Virus record (IMG/VR): IMGVR_UViG_3300037067_016777
Location: 64,001 to 128,000 of that record
Reading direction: 5' to 3' (one strand)
DNA: 64,000 nt
From: a virus
Taxonomy: Duplodnaviria; Caudoviricetes
The stretch's first letter is position 1. Each line of letters opens with the position of its first letter. This document shows, piece by piece, positions 9,670 through 20,178 of this stretch. A program made the translations under genes and the position numbers. The notes beneath the pieces are model-generated. The model saw nothing but the letters and a program-made list of their open reading frames with translations. It did no database searches and was not told the origin of the DNA.

Positions 9670-9978
9670 ACTTGGCCTTCTACTGGCTATCTCTAACACT
9701 ATTTTCGAGTGCTAGCTAATTCCGATAAGACGTGTTCCTTGAACGTCTCGCGTTCGTTTTCATCTTCGATCACGACATCGGCTAGTATACACATCTGTAT
9801 TTCTGTTAGATTTTTTAATTCCTCCTCCGATGGTATATATGGCACCCGACGATCACGCCAATGCCTCTTACATATCGTACGCGATATCAAATATTGTCTT
9901 GTGTTATATAGCCAACTTAGTCCTCTGTGCCGCAGCTTACCTTTTTTATCGATCGGCTCTTCATAGAACCGCTGAATT

Positions 9979-10251
9979 TTAATGGCTGTTCGGAGTCGCA
10001 TCGAGCAGAACCTTAACTTTTTTCGGGGTCGCACCATCAATCAGGCCGGTACGGTCGATGACATCATTTAATATCTGCCTGATTTCTCTGTATTCAGAAG
10101 TCTGTCTAAATGTTATTCTGTCTGCTCTAGTTGGATATGCGACAGCCACTATTCCATTCACCGGATTGAACAGTGCATTTGATAAGTCTGCCCAAGTCTC
10201 AGCAGATCGGGCTAAAATTTTTGCAGTTTCAACTATCTGGTTGGATGTCAT
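9979..10251 (-). CDS. Hypothetical protein
   Basis: 90-aa ORF with AGGA RBS; ETWADLSNALFNP motif. Confidence 0.55.
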   Translation of the reverse strand: MTSNQIVETAKILARSAETWADLSNALFNPVNGIVAVAYPTRADRITFRQTSEYREIRQILNDVIDRTGLIDGATPKKVKVLLDATPNSH

Positions 10252-10288
10252 TATCTTTCCTAGATAACACGAATCTGATCAGCTAATT

Positions 10289-11482
10289 CTATTGACCATT
10301 TATTTCAATCGCCTCCTCTAATGGATACCATGATAGCTCGCTCATTTGCCGGTCGGCGTAGGTTGGACCTCTGCCGGTGACGACAACAGGGGCCAATATT
10401 TGTCGAATCATCTTCTTGAGTTCGACGTAGTCGACGTGTTTAGTCTCGCCATTTAGGACGGGAATCAAGCGATTCATGTGGTCAATACAACTCAAAGAGA
10501 TGCTGTGTAATTGTCCGCCTAAAGCTGCCTTCGAATAAGCCAAGACATTCAAATCGAGCATACCATATCGTATACGTCCCTGCCATTCATTTGGCGGATT
10601 GCCGACGTCGATGTTTAGTGCATCGGACATCATATTCTGGTCATGTGATAAGAACGTCCCCGCACCATGGCGTGTCATATAAGGCCGGATACAACCCATG
10701 ACGTTGACTTCAGTATCCGACCCTCGCAACAATTCACCGGCATGCTTCAACGTAACGGTCGACCAAGTAGTGTGGGGATGATAGCCGTGATTCTCGTCGA
10801 GAAGTATACCCTGGGCACCCTCAAAGACAGCCATCTTGAATTCTGGCATCTTCTCGACGACGTTGATCTTGAGTGAAGCGTCTATTAGATGGATGTAGAG
10901 CGAATCTGGATCAAGACATTCGCCTACCGGCATACCAGCCTGCTTGGATGCCCATTGCTGAATCTTCTTCAATTTGTCAATAGCAGCCTTGCGTCCGTTG
11001 TAGGATAGAACTCGCAAATCCTTCATGTGTAAAGCGTCGTCTGGGTGAAGGATAGAATGCTCGCGTGTCGCACCTATCCCAAGGCCACAAGACCCATGCC
11101 TATCATCGCCCCTCTTACATTCCAGGGTTCTGTTCAACGATTGATGATAAGGCGTTGTAATAAGGCATTCTTGGTCGACGCTCAACAGCTTCCATGGATT
11201 CAAACCAAGTTCAGCAAGATGTTTTGCCTCATTGACCATGAAAAATGGTGAGATGATGACGTTTGGACCTATGTAGCTCGGCACATGGTGTAATGAGCCG
11301 GAGCCGAATTGGCTAAATGTGTGATGTGTACCGTTTGGTAGAATTACATTATGTGCAGCTTGGCATCCACCACAATAGCGAACAACAAGGTCGGCGTGCA
11401 ACTCTCGACACAAATAGTCACAAGTGGCCCCCTTGCACTCATCCCCGAATCCCATGCCGACAGTGATGACAGCTTTTCTCAC
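10289..11482 (-). CDS. Adenylosuccinate synthetase-like protein (divergent PurA family)
   Basis: GFGDECKG, GGCQAAHNV, HGSCGLGIG, FEGAQGILLD, PHTTWS, TRHGAG motifs. Confidence 0.85.
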   Translation of the reverse strand: MRKAVITVGMGFGDECKGATCDYLCRELHADLVVRYCGGCQAAHNVILPNGTHHTFSQFGSGSLHHVPSYIGPNVIISPFFMVNEAKHLAELGLNPWKLLSVDQECLITTPYHQSLNRTLECKRGDDRHGSCGLGIGATREHSILHPDDALHMKDLRVLSYNGRKAAIDKLKKIQQWASKQAGMPVGECLDPDSLYIHLIDASLKINVVEKMPEFKMAVFEGAQGILLDENHGYHPHTTWSTVTLKHAGELLRGSDTEVNVMGCIRPYMTRHGAGTFLSHDQNMMSDALNIDVGNPPNEWQGRIRYGMLDLNVLAYSKAALGGQLHSISLSCIDHMNRLIPVLNGETKHVDYVELKKMIRQILAPVVVTGRGPTYADRQMSELSWYPLEEAIEINGQ

Positions 11483-11510
11483 TTACCATTGTCTCCATGG
11501 TAAATAGGGT

Positions 11511-12248
11511 ATGGATATTACAGATATAGAATATTGTCCCAAGTGTGGCATAGTCCCAGTCAAGCGTAAGGGAAGATTTAAGGCTTTGGTGCCTTGTGAT
11601 GGTTGTCGCGAAGAGAATAGAAAACATAGGAATGCAAGACGTGCTGAACGGCGCAGATCACTAGAGGTCAAATCGCACCGCAACGCTGCAGATGTCAGGT
11701 ATCCAAACAAGGTGATACCATTAGAGGTTACTTGTGATTTCTGCCACAAACCTTTCATCAAGACAGATAGACAATCTGGTAGGTTGGCTTGTACTAAATG
11801 TCGTTCTCTCAAAAAAGATGAACTGCGCAGGAAGAAAATCGAACTAATAAGAGCCAAATATTGGAAAGACCCTGCAGCAGCCAAAAGAAAGCGATTAGCC
11901 AACACTCTGAGGCATATGGGTCTTAGTATAGAATGGTATGATGCGCAACCAAAAGTATGTGCGATTTGTGGAACTGATGACCCAGGTGAAAAAGGTTGGC
12001 AACTAGACCATGACCACGACTGTTGCCCATATGGTACTCGACAAGGCTGCGCTAAATGCATACGCGGCTTGTTGTGTACTAAATGTAATCGTGGGATTGG
12101 GTTTTTCAATGAAGACACCGACCGTATGCTTTCTGCAATCGCTTATATCAAGAAACACAAGCGATTGCTAGCCTCCCGATTAAAGGAGGCTAGCAGTCGC
12201 CACGATGTTAGACCCTCGCCAATCCGGTTCCGGAAACAGAACCCTTGA
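11511..12248 (+). CDS. Endonuclease VII-family (His-Me) free-standing homing endonuclease
   Basis: CAICG...LDHDHDCC...IRGLLCTKCNRGIG; N-terminal Zn ribbons; antisense to the surrounding operon. Confidence 0.85.
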   Translation: MDITDIEYCPKCGIVPVKRKGRFKALVPCDGCREENRKHRNARRAERRRSLEVKSHRNAADVRYPNKVIPLEVTCDFCHKPFIKTDRQSGRLACTKCRSLKKDELRRKKIELIRAKYWKDPAAAKRKRLANTLRHMGLSIEWYDAQPKVCAICGTDDPGEKGWQLDHDHDCCPYGTRQGCAKCIRGLLCTKCNRGIGFFNEDTDRMLSAIAYIKKHKRLLASRLKEASSRHDVRPSPIRFRKQNP

Positions 12249-13188
12249 CCAACTTGCGACCAGCCGAGTCGGCCAGTGGCACGAGTGCTTTGGTGATTGA
12301 AGCACGTCGGTCCTTCGAGACACCGGCGTCATCAAGGTTGCGGCCAACCGAATCGAGGTCATAGCCCTCGGCAAGGCTGATCGTACTTGCGATGACCTCG
12401 CTGATGGCATCGGGGTCATCGAGACGGAGAACTTGCTGACCGAGCAATTTCTGCCAGCCTTCCAACAACCACGGGGCGTCGTAATGGTTAGTGCCCTTCG
12501 GAATCAGGAAGTAGACGTCATACATCGTCTGCAATTCTTCCATAATCGTCTCGACGGGGATGTTCTCCTGCAGTGTGTCGCCGATAAGCCGTTTGACTTC
12601 TTCGGCCTTCACTTGCGGATAGTACAACTCGTCGCCGGTCAGGAAGAGGTAGCCCTTCTTGTTCCGCTTCTCGAAGCAATCGAGAGCCGTATGCCGGGCC
12701 ATGAAGTACATAGCCAACTCATAGCTCTCGGTATTCTGCCCGCCGCCAGCCCCTTCCAGGTAAATGTTGGTCAGGCAGTCTTCGATCTCGATTCCCGATT
12801 CGAATTGGCCGACTTGTAGCGGTGCGACTTCGCCGCCACCGCTCGCATCGCCGAAAGCGCCGATCAGGACTTGCGGATGTTCGACGACGCCCTTCCGCAT
12901 CAGAAGACCCATCAATTGCGGGAGTGCGGTCTGGAATTGCACCGGGACTCGTGCCATGGAGCCGGTTTCGTCGAAGAACACGCCGATAGCCAAGCTCGTC
13001 GGGTGTGCATCACTATCGCGGCTTTCACGGAATTTCACTCCGAACGGGTTGAGGCTGTCGTGCACTTTGCGGGCACTGACAGGGGCCGATCTCATCGCAC
13101 TGTCATATGCGAAGGTTGGCTTGCCGGTTGCGGCTCGCACTGTAGCACGATCTTTGTAATGGTCGTTAGACCAACTGGTACCACCCAT
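12208..13188 (-). CDS. von Willebrand factor A (vWA) domain protein
   Basis: MIDAS-like FDETGSM, LQVGQFES, EGAGGGQ..ESYELA, FLTGDE. Confidence 0.8.
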   Translation of the reverse strand: MGGTSWSNDHYKDRATVRAATGKPTFAYDSAMRSAPVSARKVHDSLNPFGVKFRESRDSDAHPTSLAIGVFFDETGSMARVPVQFQTALPQLMGLLMRKGVVEHPQVLIGAFGDASGGGEVAPLQVGQFESGIEIEDCLTNIYLEGAGGGQNTESYELAMYFMARHTALDCFEKRNKKGYLFLTGDELYYPQVKAEEVKRLIGDTLQENIPVETIMEELQTMYDVYFLIPKGTNHYDAPWLLEGWQKLLGQQVLRLDDPDAISEVIASTISLAEGYDLDSVGRNLDDAGVSKDRRASITKALVPLADSAGRKLVKGSVSGTGLARV

Positions 13189-13224
13189 AGTAATCACTCC
13201 ATAAGTTAAAGGAACACGGGTTAA

Positions 13225-14229
13225 TTACATCGGTAAAGCGTCGTATCGTGGAGGTCCGTAGACCTTCTTGAGCAGATGTTTCCATTCGTCAAGCAATTTC
13301 CAAGCGTCTTGTGGTCTTTGCAACGGCTTCGGATTGATACACGATTCCAAAAACACAACCAACTGCGATGGAATTTCACCGTGTTTGTGTTGCTTGCACA
13401 TTTCCAACATCGTCTTTGACGCTAGATAAATATCGAGGCTTGGCGTTGCCGGATATTGTTTTGTGATTTCTGGTTTTGGATACCATGCCTTGTGAGACAA
13501 TGGCGCAACAGAAAGTTTCTGTTCCATCCGGCAGCAGCTTGCCCAACTTATCAATTTGCAGCCGCGATTGACGTTGTTGAACAACAAATGCATCGGCAGT
13601 GGTGCACAATGCATATAGTTGATTGCGTGAACGAAGCCAAGGATGGTGAGTGTCCGGTTGAACATCCACGCAATATGTCTGCCGCCAACACCGTTTGGAT
13701 ACTTCGCCATGTACTCATTGACGGTGTAGAATCCATCATAATGCTGCTGAACTGCGACCAATAATTCATTGTGCGTGAAAAGATCAATCGGCTTGGCTAC
13801 ATATTCGCTATACTTTCGATCACCGGCCTGTACACGTATATCATCCAAAATTTTGGATTCTTTTTCGATGTACTCATTCGCCTCTTTAACGTGGGCGACC
13901 TTGAGGATGACAGGTTTCGAATCGCTGCCTTTCTTCCGTGTGGCGAGATAAACTTTTGAGACTTCGCCACTACCAAGCTGCGGACCAAGATGGTATTCGA
14001 AATCCGGAGAAGTCCAGATTGTCGGTGGTATCTTCAATTCTTCATGGCGTTTTTCAAGCAGCGTGAAGACGTCTTTCGCGTGTTCTTTTACATCATCGGT
14101 GCTGGACGCGAATCGGTCTGGGTGGCATATTAATGCCCATTCTCGATAAGTCTTGTCTGGGTCGTCGCCGAACAGGTCTTGTGCGGTTTTAGCCGACTTT
14201 AGTAGTGCTTCGAGTTGATTTAAGTTCAT
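13225..14229 (-). CDS. J-domain-like + Ser/Thr kinase-like fusion protein
   Basis: N-terminal CHPD helix pair; LGSGEVSKVY, VILK, degenerate catalytic loop HCAPLPMH, PE..DIY. Confidence 0.75.
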   Translation of the reverse strand: MNLNQLEALLKSAKTAQDLFGDDPDKTYREWALICHPDRFASSTDDVKEHAKDVFTLLEKRHEELKIPPTIWTSPDFEYHLGPQLGSGEVSKVYLATRKKGSDSKPVILKVAHVKEANEYIEKESKILDDIRVQAGDRKYSEYVAKPIDLFTHNELLVAVQQHYDGFYTVNEYMAKYPNGVGGRHIAWMFNRTLTILGFVHAINYMHCAPLPMHLLFNNVNRGCKLISWASCCRMEQKLSVAPLSHKAWYPKPEITKQYPATPSLDIYLASKTMLEMCKQHKHGEIPSQLVVFLESCINPKPLQRPQDAWKLLDEWKHLLKKVYGPPRYDALPM

Positions 14230-14978
14230 TTATTCTTTTTCTTGCTTGGCTCTTTACGGAAGCTGAATCTATCAAATCCTTTAATACTAACCATATCCTT
14301 ATCTGATGGTACCGGTATTGGATTCTGCGGAATGGCAAGCCCGCCAAGAAACATAGCAATTTCTTGGTAAGTAGTGACGGGATCTTGTACCTTGAAGAAT
14401 TTGAACGCTTTCAAAGAGCAATTATAACAAACGTACCAACCGTCATGGCGAGATTCGATTGCCCATATCGGATATTGTGTGAACAGTAAGCGAACCTTGT
14501 CTGCTTTGTTCTCTCTATTCCATTCTGTGAAGAAAGTTTCGAATTCTGCACGTCTCGTCGAAATTGAGTACCGCCGAGAAAATGGGTCTCGCCTCTTCGA
14601 CGCTGTCGCCCCGTTGAATATATCTTGCACTTTCCTGTTGCATTTAGTCTTGATTACCTTGTCGATATCAGCAAGGCTGTAGCAGAAGGCTTCACAATCC
14701 TTTTCTAGGGTATTTGGATACTGCCAAAACAATTGAAAGCAAGGATATACTTTCCCAGCTACGCCGATGACGTAGAATCGCATACCAGTCGGTAGTTCAC
14801 CAATTCTTGTATATCCTCGATGGGCGTCGACGTCTGGTAGAGGGAATGGTGCTCGTTTTGTTTTGAGTTCGGTTGCTAGCGGGAAGTCGATCTTTTTGCG
14901 GACATAGACAAGTTCTTGGTCTTGCCCGAAGGCTTGAGCACAATCGTAATAATCGTGGAAGTCAGATTTTATCCGCAT
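14226..14978 (-). CDS. Hypothetical phage protein
   Basis: 250-aa ORF (FHDYYD...GFDRFSFRK), ATGA-coupled to the kinase-like gene. Confidence 0.65.
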   Translation of the reverse strand: MRIKSDFHDYYDCAQAFGQDQELVYVRKKIDFPLATELKTKRAPFPLPDVDAHRGYTRIGELPTGMRFYVIGVAGKVYPCFQLFWQYPNTLEKDCEAFCYSLADIDKVIKTKCNRKVQDIFNGATASKRRDPFSRRYSISTRRAEFETFFTEWNRENKADKVRLLFTQYPIWAIESRHDGWYVCYNCSLKAFKFFKVQDPVTTYQEIAMFLGGLAIPQNPIPVPSDKDMVSIKGFDRFSFRKEPSKKKNK

Positions 14979-14990
14979 TTGTGACTACCC

Positions 14991-15656
14991 TCAATTCGAC
15001 TCGATTATTTCTTTCATTGCCGCTTGCATGATTTCTGGTTCAATCGCTGCATGGGCTATGCCAATCAATCTGAAAAAATTGTCATCGTCTATCAGTCTGT
15101 CAATTCTTTCCTGAGACAGCGATATGAATCTTTTTACAACAACACAATCCTGACATACTAATAGTAGCGGTTCCTCAATACCCATCGATTTTTGGAATTG
15201 TGTAAATTGATAAACGTCGAAAGGCACCTTTATTTTAGTGTTCTCGCCATGCCATAGTACGTAGAATAGGCATGCAGTACCTTTTAAAGCGTCGAACTGA
15301 CTGGCTTCTGTGAATGGGTTGAATAACTTGCCGTGGGTGATCTCGTACTTCTTCATCTCGATCATATAACGGGTGTACCATTCTTCCTGCCTCAAGCCCT
15401 TTTTACCACAAATCAAGCAATGTGGTTCGACAGTTATACTCTGCCTTTCTTTTTCTTGTCGTTTTGCTTCCTTCGCTTTAGCTGCACTTTCAATTTCATC
15501 TTTCTTTTGCTGTGCAATTTTCGCCAATTCTAGCTTACTTGACTCCAGCGTTCCTTCGTGGTTTTTACAAGCACGCTTGCCGCCGCCGATATGTAGTGTC
15601 TGTGCTTTATTGACTTCTTGCCCGCAAACACAACAAATAACTTTTGGAATCGGCAT
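14991..15656 (-). CDS. Zinc-finger hypothetical protein
   Basis: CCVC..CKNH, CLIC..CQDC. Confidence 0.6.
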   Translation of the reverse strand: MPIPKVICCVCGQEVNKAQTLHIGGGKRACKNHEGTLESSKLELAKIAQQKKDEIESAAKAKEAKRQEKERQSITVEPHCLICGKKGLRQEEWYTRYMIEMKKYEITHGKLFNPFTEASQFDALKGTACLFYVLWHGENTKIKVPFDVYQFTQFQKSMGIEEPLLLVCQDCVVVKRFISLSQERIDRLIDDDNFFRLIGIAHAAIEPEIMQAAMKEIIESN

Positions 15657-15834
15657 CAGTCTCCCTCAACTTTCACACCTTCTTCATCATGCACGAAAAT
15701 CAAGATCTCTCCACCACCAGAAAAGTGCAAAATCACTTCATCACTACCTGACGCTGATCCTTTTGCGGTGTTTTGCTCGAAATCAATCAGTGTCTGCCCA
15801 ACGATCTGATCTAGATTGCACGCCGTTACTTGCA

Positions 15835-16707
15835 TTAGGATAATCCTAATGATAATAGATGCTCTGGCGGCAGGTCTGTTTCGATATATTGGTAATCCTG
15901 TTGCGATAACACTGATTGAGCCGAGTCGTAAACTTCCTTGGCAAGATCGCGGTATCTTGCCAAAAGGTCATGTTTGTGTCGCTCATAATCTCTGATGATC
16001 GCACACAGCAAGAAATGCTCAATTGATTTGAACTTACATCTGAATCCGTTTGCCTCTGTTCGCCACTTATAAATATTGAGATAATCGCGTATCATCAGAT
16101 ATTTATTGTATGACCGACCGGGATTGACCTGTAAGTCTTTAATGAGAAGTTGCAAATTGCGATCTGATACCTTTGCACGACACATCTTCTCATCAATACA
16201 ACCAAAATGGGCGAAACACACATCCTGAACGAACATATAAGGCGATATGGCTTTATCAGGGCCGGTCGCCTTCATATCTTCTGGCATTTCATGAATGCAG
16301 CCGACATACCTATAGTGTGGCCGGTTCCGAAATAACCGCATGCCCATCGCCGTCTTGTTACCGCCAAGTATCAAATGCTCTTGCGCCAGCACATAAGCTT
16401 CGTAATAACTTGATTCAACTAGTGGTAACAAGCCCTCAGGATTGAAAAGAACCTCGTCAGCATCAATCTGTAGAATCCAGTCGCCGATCAATCCCTCCTT
16501 TGCTAGATTTCGTGCTTGTGCGAAATCTTCAAAAGGAATATGACGAATATGGCATCCTAATGATTCTGCTATGCTGACTGATGAGTCGGTACTTCCTGTA
16601 TCGGCATAGACGATGGTTTTGGCAATGCACTTAACTGATTTGATGCACCGGCTAAGATAATCTTCTTCGTCCTTACCAATCATCGATACTGTGATAGAAG
16701 TCATCAC
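15835..16707 (-). CDS. Glycosyltransferase family 2
   Basis: MIGKDEE..L.RC, DTGSTD, DFAQARN, WILQIDADE, RLFRN, GCIHE. Confidence 0.85.
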   Translation of the reverse strand: MMTSITVSMIGKDEEDYLSRCIKSVKCIAKTIVYADTGSTDSSVSIAESLGCHIRHIPFEDFAQARNLAKEGLIGDWILQIDADEVLFNPEGLLPLVESSYYEAYVLAQEHLILGGNKTAMGMRLFRNRPHYRYVGCIHEMPEDMKATGPDKAISPYMFVQDVCFAHFGCIDEKMCRAKVSDRNLQLLIKDLQVNPGRSYNKYLMIRDYLNIYKWRTEANGFRCKFKSIEHFLLCAIIRDYERHKHDLLARYRDLAKEVYDSAQSVLSQQDYQYIETDLPPEHLLSLGLS

Positions 16708-17042
16708 ATTTTTCCCTTGTATGGGAATAGTGGCTTGTCTTCCACAACTTTCAAGGTAACACTCATACGAGCGGCCTTGACTACTTCAAACCGTGTTCCT
16801 GGTTTAACATAATGCTTGATCAGTAAATCTGGCACAAATGCTGTGGTCCCACGACAGATTCCCTGTTGTCTCACGAACCATCGCGGTCCGGTACCATCGA
16901 GCATAGCCCATAATTGCACCTTGAGTACCGGCGTTTTCAACTGGTTATGCGCGAGCACATAACCACCCTCGCATTCAAGAACATCACCTACCTTGATGCC
17001 ACGATCCAACAATTCTCTGGTTTTGTCTGCGTCGTCAGCCAT
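16704..17042 (-). CDS. Hypothetical protein
   Basis: ORF downstream of the promoter motif at 17078-17089. Confidence 0.55.
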   Translation of the reverse strand: MADDADKTRELLDRGIKVGDVLECEGGYVLAHNQLKTPVLKVQLWAMLDGTGPRWFVRQQGICRGTTAFVPDLLIKHYVKPGTRFEVVKAARMSVTLKVVEDKPLFPYKGKM

Positions 17043-17539
17043 TGTCGTAATATAAAAGATATGTTCTAGTTCGGATGGTTATAGCACGACAACTCAATAC
17101 GATTAATCGCAGCCAGGTTTCTCGCCGGGCCATTTATCAAGCCAATCCCCTAATCCGAGTTGTCTTGCAGCTTTTTCCATTGTTGATCTCGGGATGCACA
17201 TCTTGTTTTCACCCGACATTTGGATGGCTAATTCCTCGATATCTTTCCTGATGTATTGCTGTAATGCTGCAAGGAATAGAATCGAATCGGTGTCGTACGA
17301 AAAATCTTGCTTGAAGTTAGTAAAGGAGCCGCACGAAAGCTTTCCCCTACCAGACGGTTTCTTTTTTTTCTTTGCCATCATCTAGGTTCTCTTCGTGAAA
17401 AGGAACTCGGCAACAAATAATTCCAACCCAATAAATACGATAAATGGGCAAAACACGATCTGGCCGAGCAAATTCAGCTTTGCTTCTTTGCCATAGAAGC
17501 AAGCGAACCAGAACTTCGTCTCTTTGATTGCGTTTTCCA

Positions 17540-17947
17540 TTATCGCCCCTGAGAACTCTTCTTCAGTGTCCGCTCACACAAGCCGTAAGCCGACACCAGC
17601 TTGTCTTTCGGTACACCGTTCGGAAATACACACTCATGAAAGAACTTCCGCTGTTCTGGCGAACACAACTCTAATATCTCAGCAAGCTCTTGTCGCTGGA
17701 ATTCTTCTGTCTTAGTGTTAAGTGTCGACATTAAACAGTTCCTGTCAATCGGTGTAACAACCTTGCTTGGAAGAACGGGATAGCCATCCATGTCGGCGAC
17801 AGCTACGATGCGGAAGTTTTCTGTAGCAAAACACTGTGCCGTGCCTACCTCGACGATTTCGCCGTGAATGGTACTCTCAAACCAGACGTCACCAATCCGG
17901 TCCCGAATTCGAGTCAATTCTTCAATCGCTTGCGTTATCGTTATCAT
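17540..17947 (-). CDS. Hypothetical protein
   Basis: ATGA-coupled ORF in - strand run. Confidence 0.5.
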   Translation of the reverse strand: MITITQAIEELTRIRDRIGDVWFESTIHGEIVEVGTAQCFATENFRIVAVADMDGYPVLPSKVVTPIDRNCLMSTLNTKTEEFQRQELAEILELCSPEQRKFFHECVFPNGVPKDKLVSAYGLCERTLKKSSQGR

Positions 17948-18195
17948 CTGTGCACTTTCTTCACGACCGTCGCTTTATGCTCACGGCACCAACGACGCCA
18001 GGTTTCAAGGGAGCATGCACTATCTGAACGATATTCTGCTCCCCCGCCTTTCCAAGGACTGTAATCAACTCGGAAGCGATCGACGTGATTCACTTCTCTG
18101 CCAATATCACAGTTATCGGCGGAAATAACATCTCCTCGCCTCGGGTCTGTCAGCGGGTTTCTGCTGGTCATCTTTTCCTCATTTCGACTAATCAG

Positions 18196-18269
18196 TATGC
18201 CCGGAGGGACTCGGACCCCCGACCTGGGGGTTAGAAACCCCCTGCTCTATCCAACTGAGCTACGGGCAC
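18196..18269 (-). tRNA. tRNA-Arg(UCU)
   Basis: GTGCCCG-TAGCTCAGTTGGATAGAGC-A-GGGGG TTTCTAA CCCCC-AGGTC-GGGGG TCCGAGT CCCTC-CGGGCAT-A; A20 Arg determinant; no encoded CCA. Confidence 0.9.
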
Positions 18270-18746
18270 GTCGGTCCTTCGTTGTATCTTTTGACTGCCT
18301 GAAATTGATCTTCTAGCGATTGCATAATTACTACTTGGTCGGCTAGCGAATTCACTATAAACCAATCGTCACCACGCTGATCTAATTGGAATTTGTCGTC
18401 CATTTCTGGGTATGAACATACCCACAAAACATCATCTCTATCCGAATAGACAATAAGCTCACAGAGCTCCTTTTGCAGCAACAATAATGGTGATGCCGCC
18501 GAATCCACAACAATTCGAGTGCTCCAATCATTGGTTTTAGCAATGACTTCAATTGTTTTCAGGACGTCTTTTTTGGTCATATTTCCGTTCGCTTGATTTT
18601 GGTGTCGCCAGATGGAACACATCCGGTCAATTGCATCCGTATCTTCGTGCAGTTGATGCAATAAACTTTAGGAGGCTCATTACATCTGCCTGTATATCTG
18701 ACCTCGCATCGTCTGCCGCAAGAACACCGGTAATATGCTCTTGGCA

Positions 18747-19115
18747 TCATTGTGTTCCTATATCGGGCGGCAATTCGGGCGGCAATGCCTGCCAAGGGTC
18801 GCGACACCAAACATCATCGCGATGCTCTTCTGCCTTATCGAAATCGTCCTTGCCAGGATCGTCGTCGGTATCGCCGATACTGTCGTCAGCAAAGTCGAAA
18901 GCTGGGACGAACGAGTCTTCGCCAATGCTGAGATTGGTATGATCAACAGCAGCATCGACTCTATTTTCGATCATACTGACGAATTCGACAATTGTGTCGG
19001 AGATATCAGGTGCATTTTGCTGATTGGCACCACCGCGTAGCGATTCATAATACGCAGTCATGATCTGCGTATTGAAGTTTACGGCATGAAAGTTCGGGTG
19101 GCGTTCGAGTGACAT
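18747..19115 (-). CDS. Acidic hypothetical protein
   Basis: 122-aa ORF directly after the upstream stop. Confidence 0.55.
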   Translation of the reverse strand: MSLERHPNFHAVNFNTQIMTAYYESLRGGANQQNAPDISDTIVEFVSMIENRVDAAVDHTNLSIGEDSFVPAFDFADDSIGDTDDDPGKDDFDKAEEHRDDVWCRDPWQALPPELPPDIGTQ

Positions 19116-19116
19116 A

Positions 19117-19722
19117 TTATAATCTGCTGTATTTCGACGCGGTCGCGGCTGAAATTCCGAGCTCTTCTCCGATATGCTTGAACGACTCGCCCTTCTTCCT
19201 GCGAGATTTCACGGACTTGATGTTGCGCTTCAAATTGTATTCTTTGGCTTGTAATAGTCGACGGCCGATCTTTCTAATGCTTACATCGTCACTGCCGTTT
19301 GTTTTGATGAATTCACCCAGTGCGATGCAAAAGTCTTCGTCCAACAATATCGGTAGGGTGTATTCGTTTACTTGCCCGACCTTTACGAATGCGGATTTCC
19401 GCATTCGTTCCAGCGATTCGAATTCGTCTTGGTCAAGTACATCGTATTCTCCGCTTTGTTCTGCTCTTTTTTGTGCTTTGCAGTGCCGCTTGCATTTGCG
19501 TAGCTGATGCGCGAATGCTATGATGGCTGAGTTGTCGGAGCCATGGCGTAAGATATAATCTCCAAGTGCTGTACACGTTATGACATCAAGCAGTAATACG
19601 AGATAATCACAGAAAACCATATAGGCTCCAGCCTCAAACTTTTCTGACTTAGCCTTTTTTGCCATTTCTTCCTCGTTTCTTGGTTTCTTGTTCGATAGAT
19701 CGGTAGCCGACAAAATCTCCAC
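19117..19722 (-). CDS. Hypothetical protein with C-terminal HTH
   Basis: GESFKHIGEELGISAATASKY; start probably at the internal MAKK. Confidence 0.6.
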   Translation of the reverse strand: MEILSATDLSNKKPRNEEEMAKKAKSEKFEAGAYMVFCDYLVLLLDVITCTALGDYILRHGSDNSAIIAFAHQLRKCKRHCKAQKRAEQSGEYDVLDQDEFESLERMRKSAFVKVGQVNEYTLPILLDEDFCIALGEFIKTNGSDDVSIRKIGRRLLQAKEYNLKRNIKSVKSRRKKGESFKHIGEELGISAATASKYSRL

Positions 19723-20178
19723 AAACCTTACAAACGGTACGAATCCTTCGACCGTCTTTGGTTATCATGTCAACAAAATTCTTCTGATCTGAACACGTCG
19801 AGGCCGGGTCAAGAAGATTGTGGATGTTCATCTCTTCCCCCTCTTGATTTTGGGCTCTGGTGGCCACTGGACCAACACCGGTTGTCCCTTAATCCATTTC
19901 GACCCACATTCCCGCCACTTCTCGATGTCTGCGGCCCACCGCGCCATGTCTTCCGGATCTATACCTCTTTCGAGGAAGTATTGGGCCGACAGGATACCTT
20001 GAGCAAAGCCACGGCGGTAAGCCTTCTCAATGTCGGCCTGAACAATCGCACCCGGAGCCGCACCGTCGTCTAACTTCCAAGCCGGGTCGCTCTTCGCCTT
20101 AACTTGCGGAGGAATGAATTTCTTTGTCATAGTTTTCTCCTGAATATCATAGCACGAAGAAGATGAATAGTAAACTAG

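Noticed and set aside
11483-12118. Long antisense ORFs (211 aa here; also 22380-22985, 3050-3466)
   Set aside because: Shadows of better-supported genes on the opposite strand, with no motifs of their own
18196-18269. Amber suppressor tRNA (CTA in the loop) or stop-codon recoding
   Set aside because: The 7-nt loop TT-TCT-AA centres on TCT, A20 indicates Arg, and long genes read intact in the standard code with TAG used as a stop
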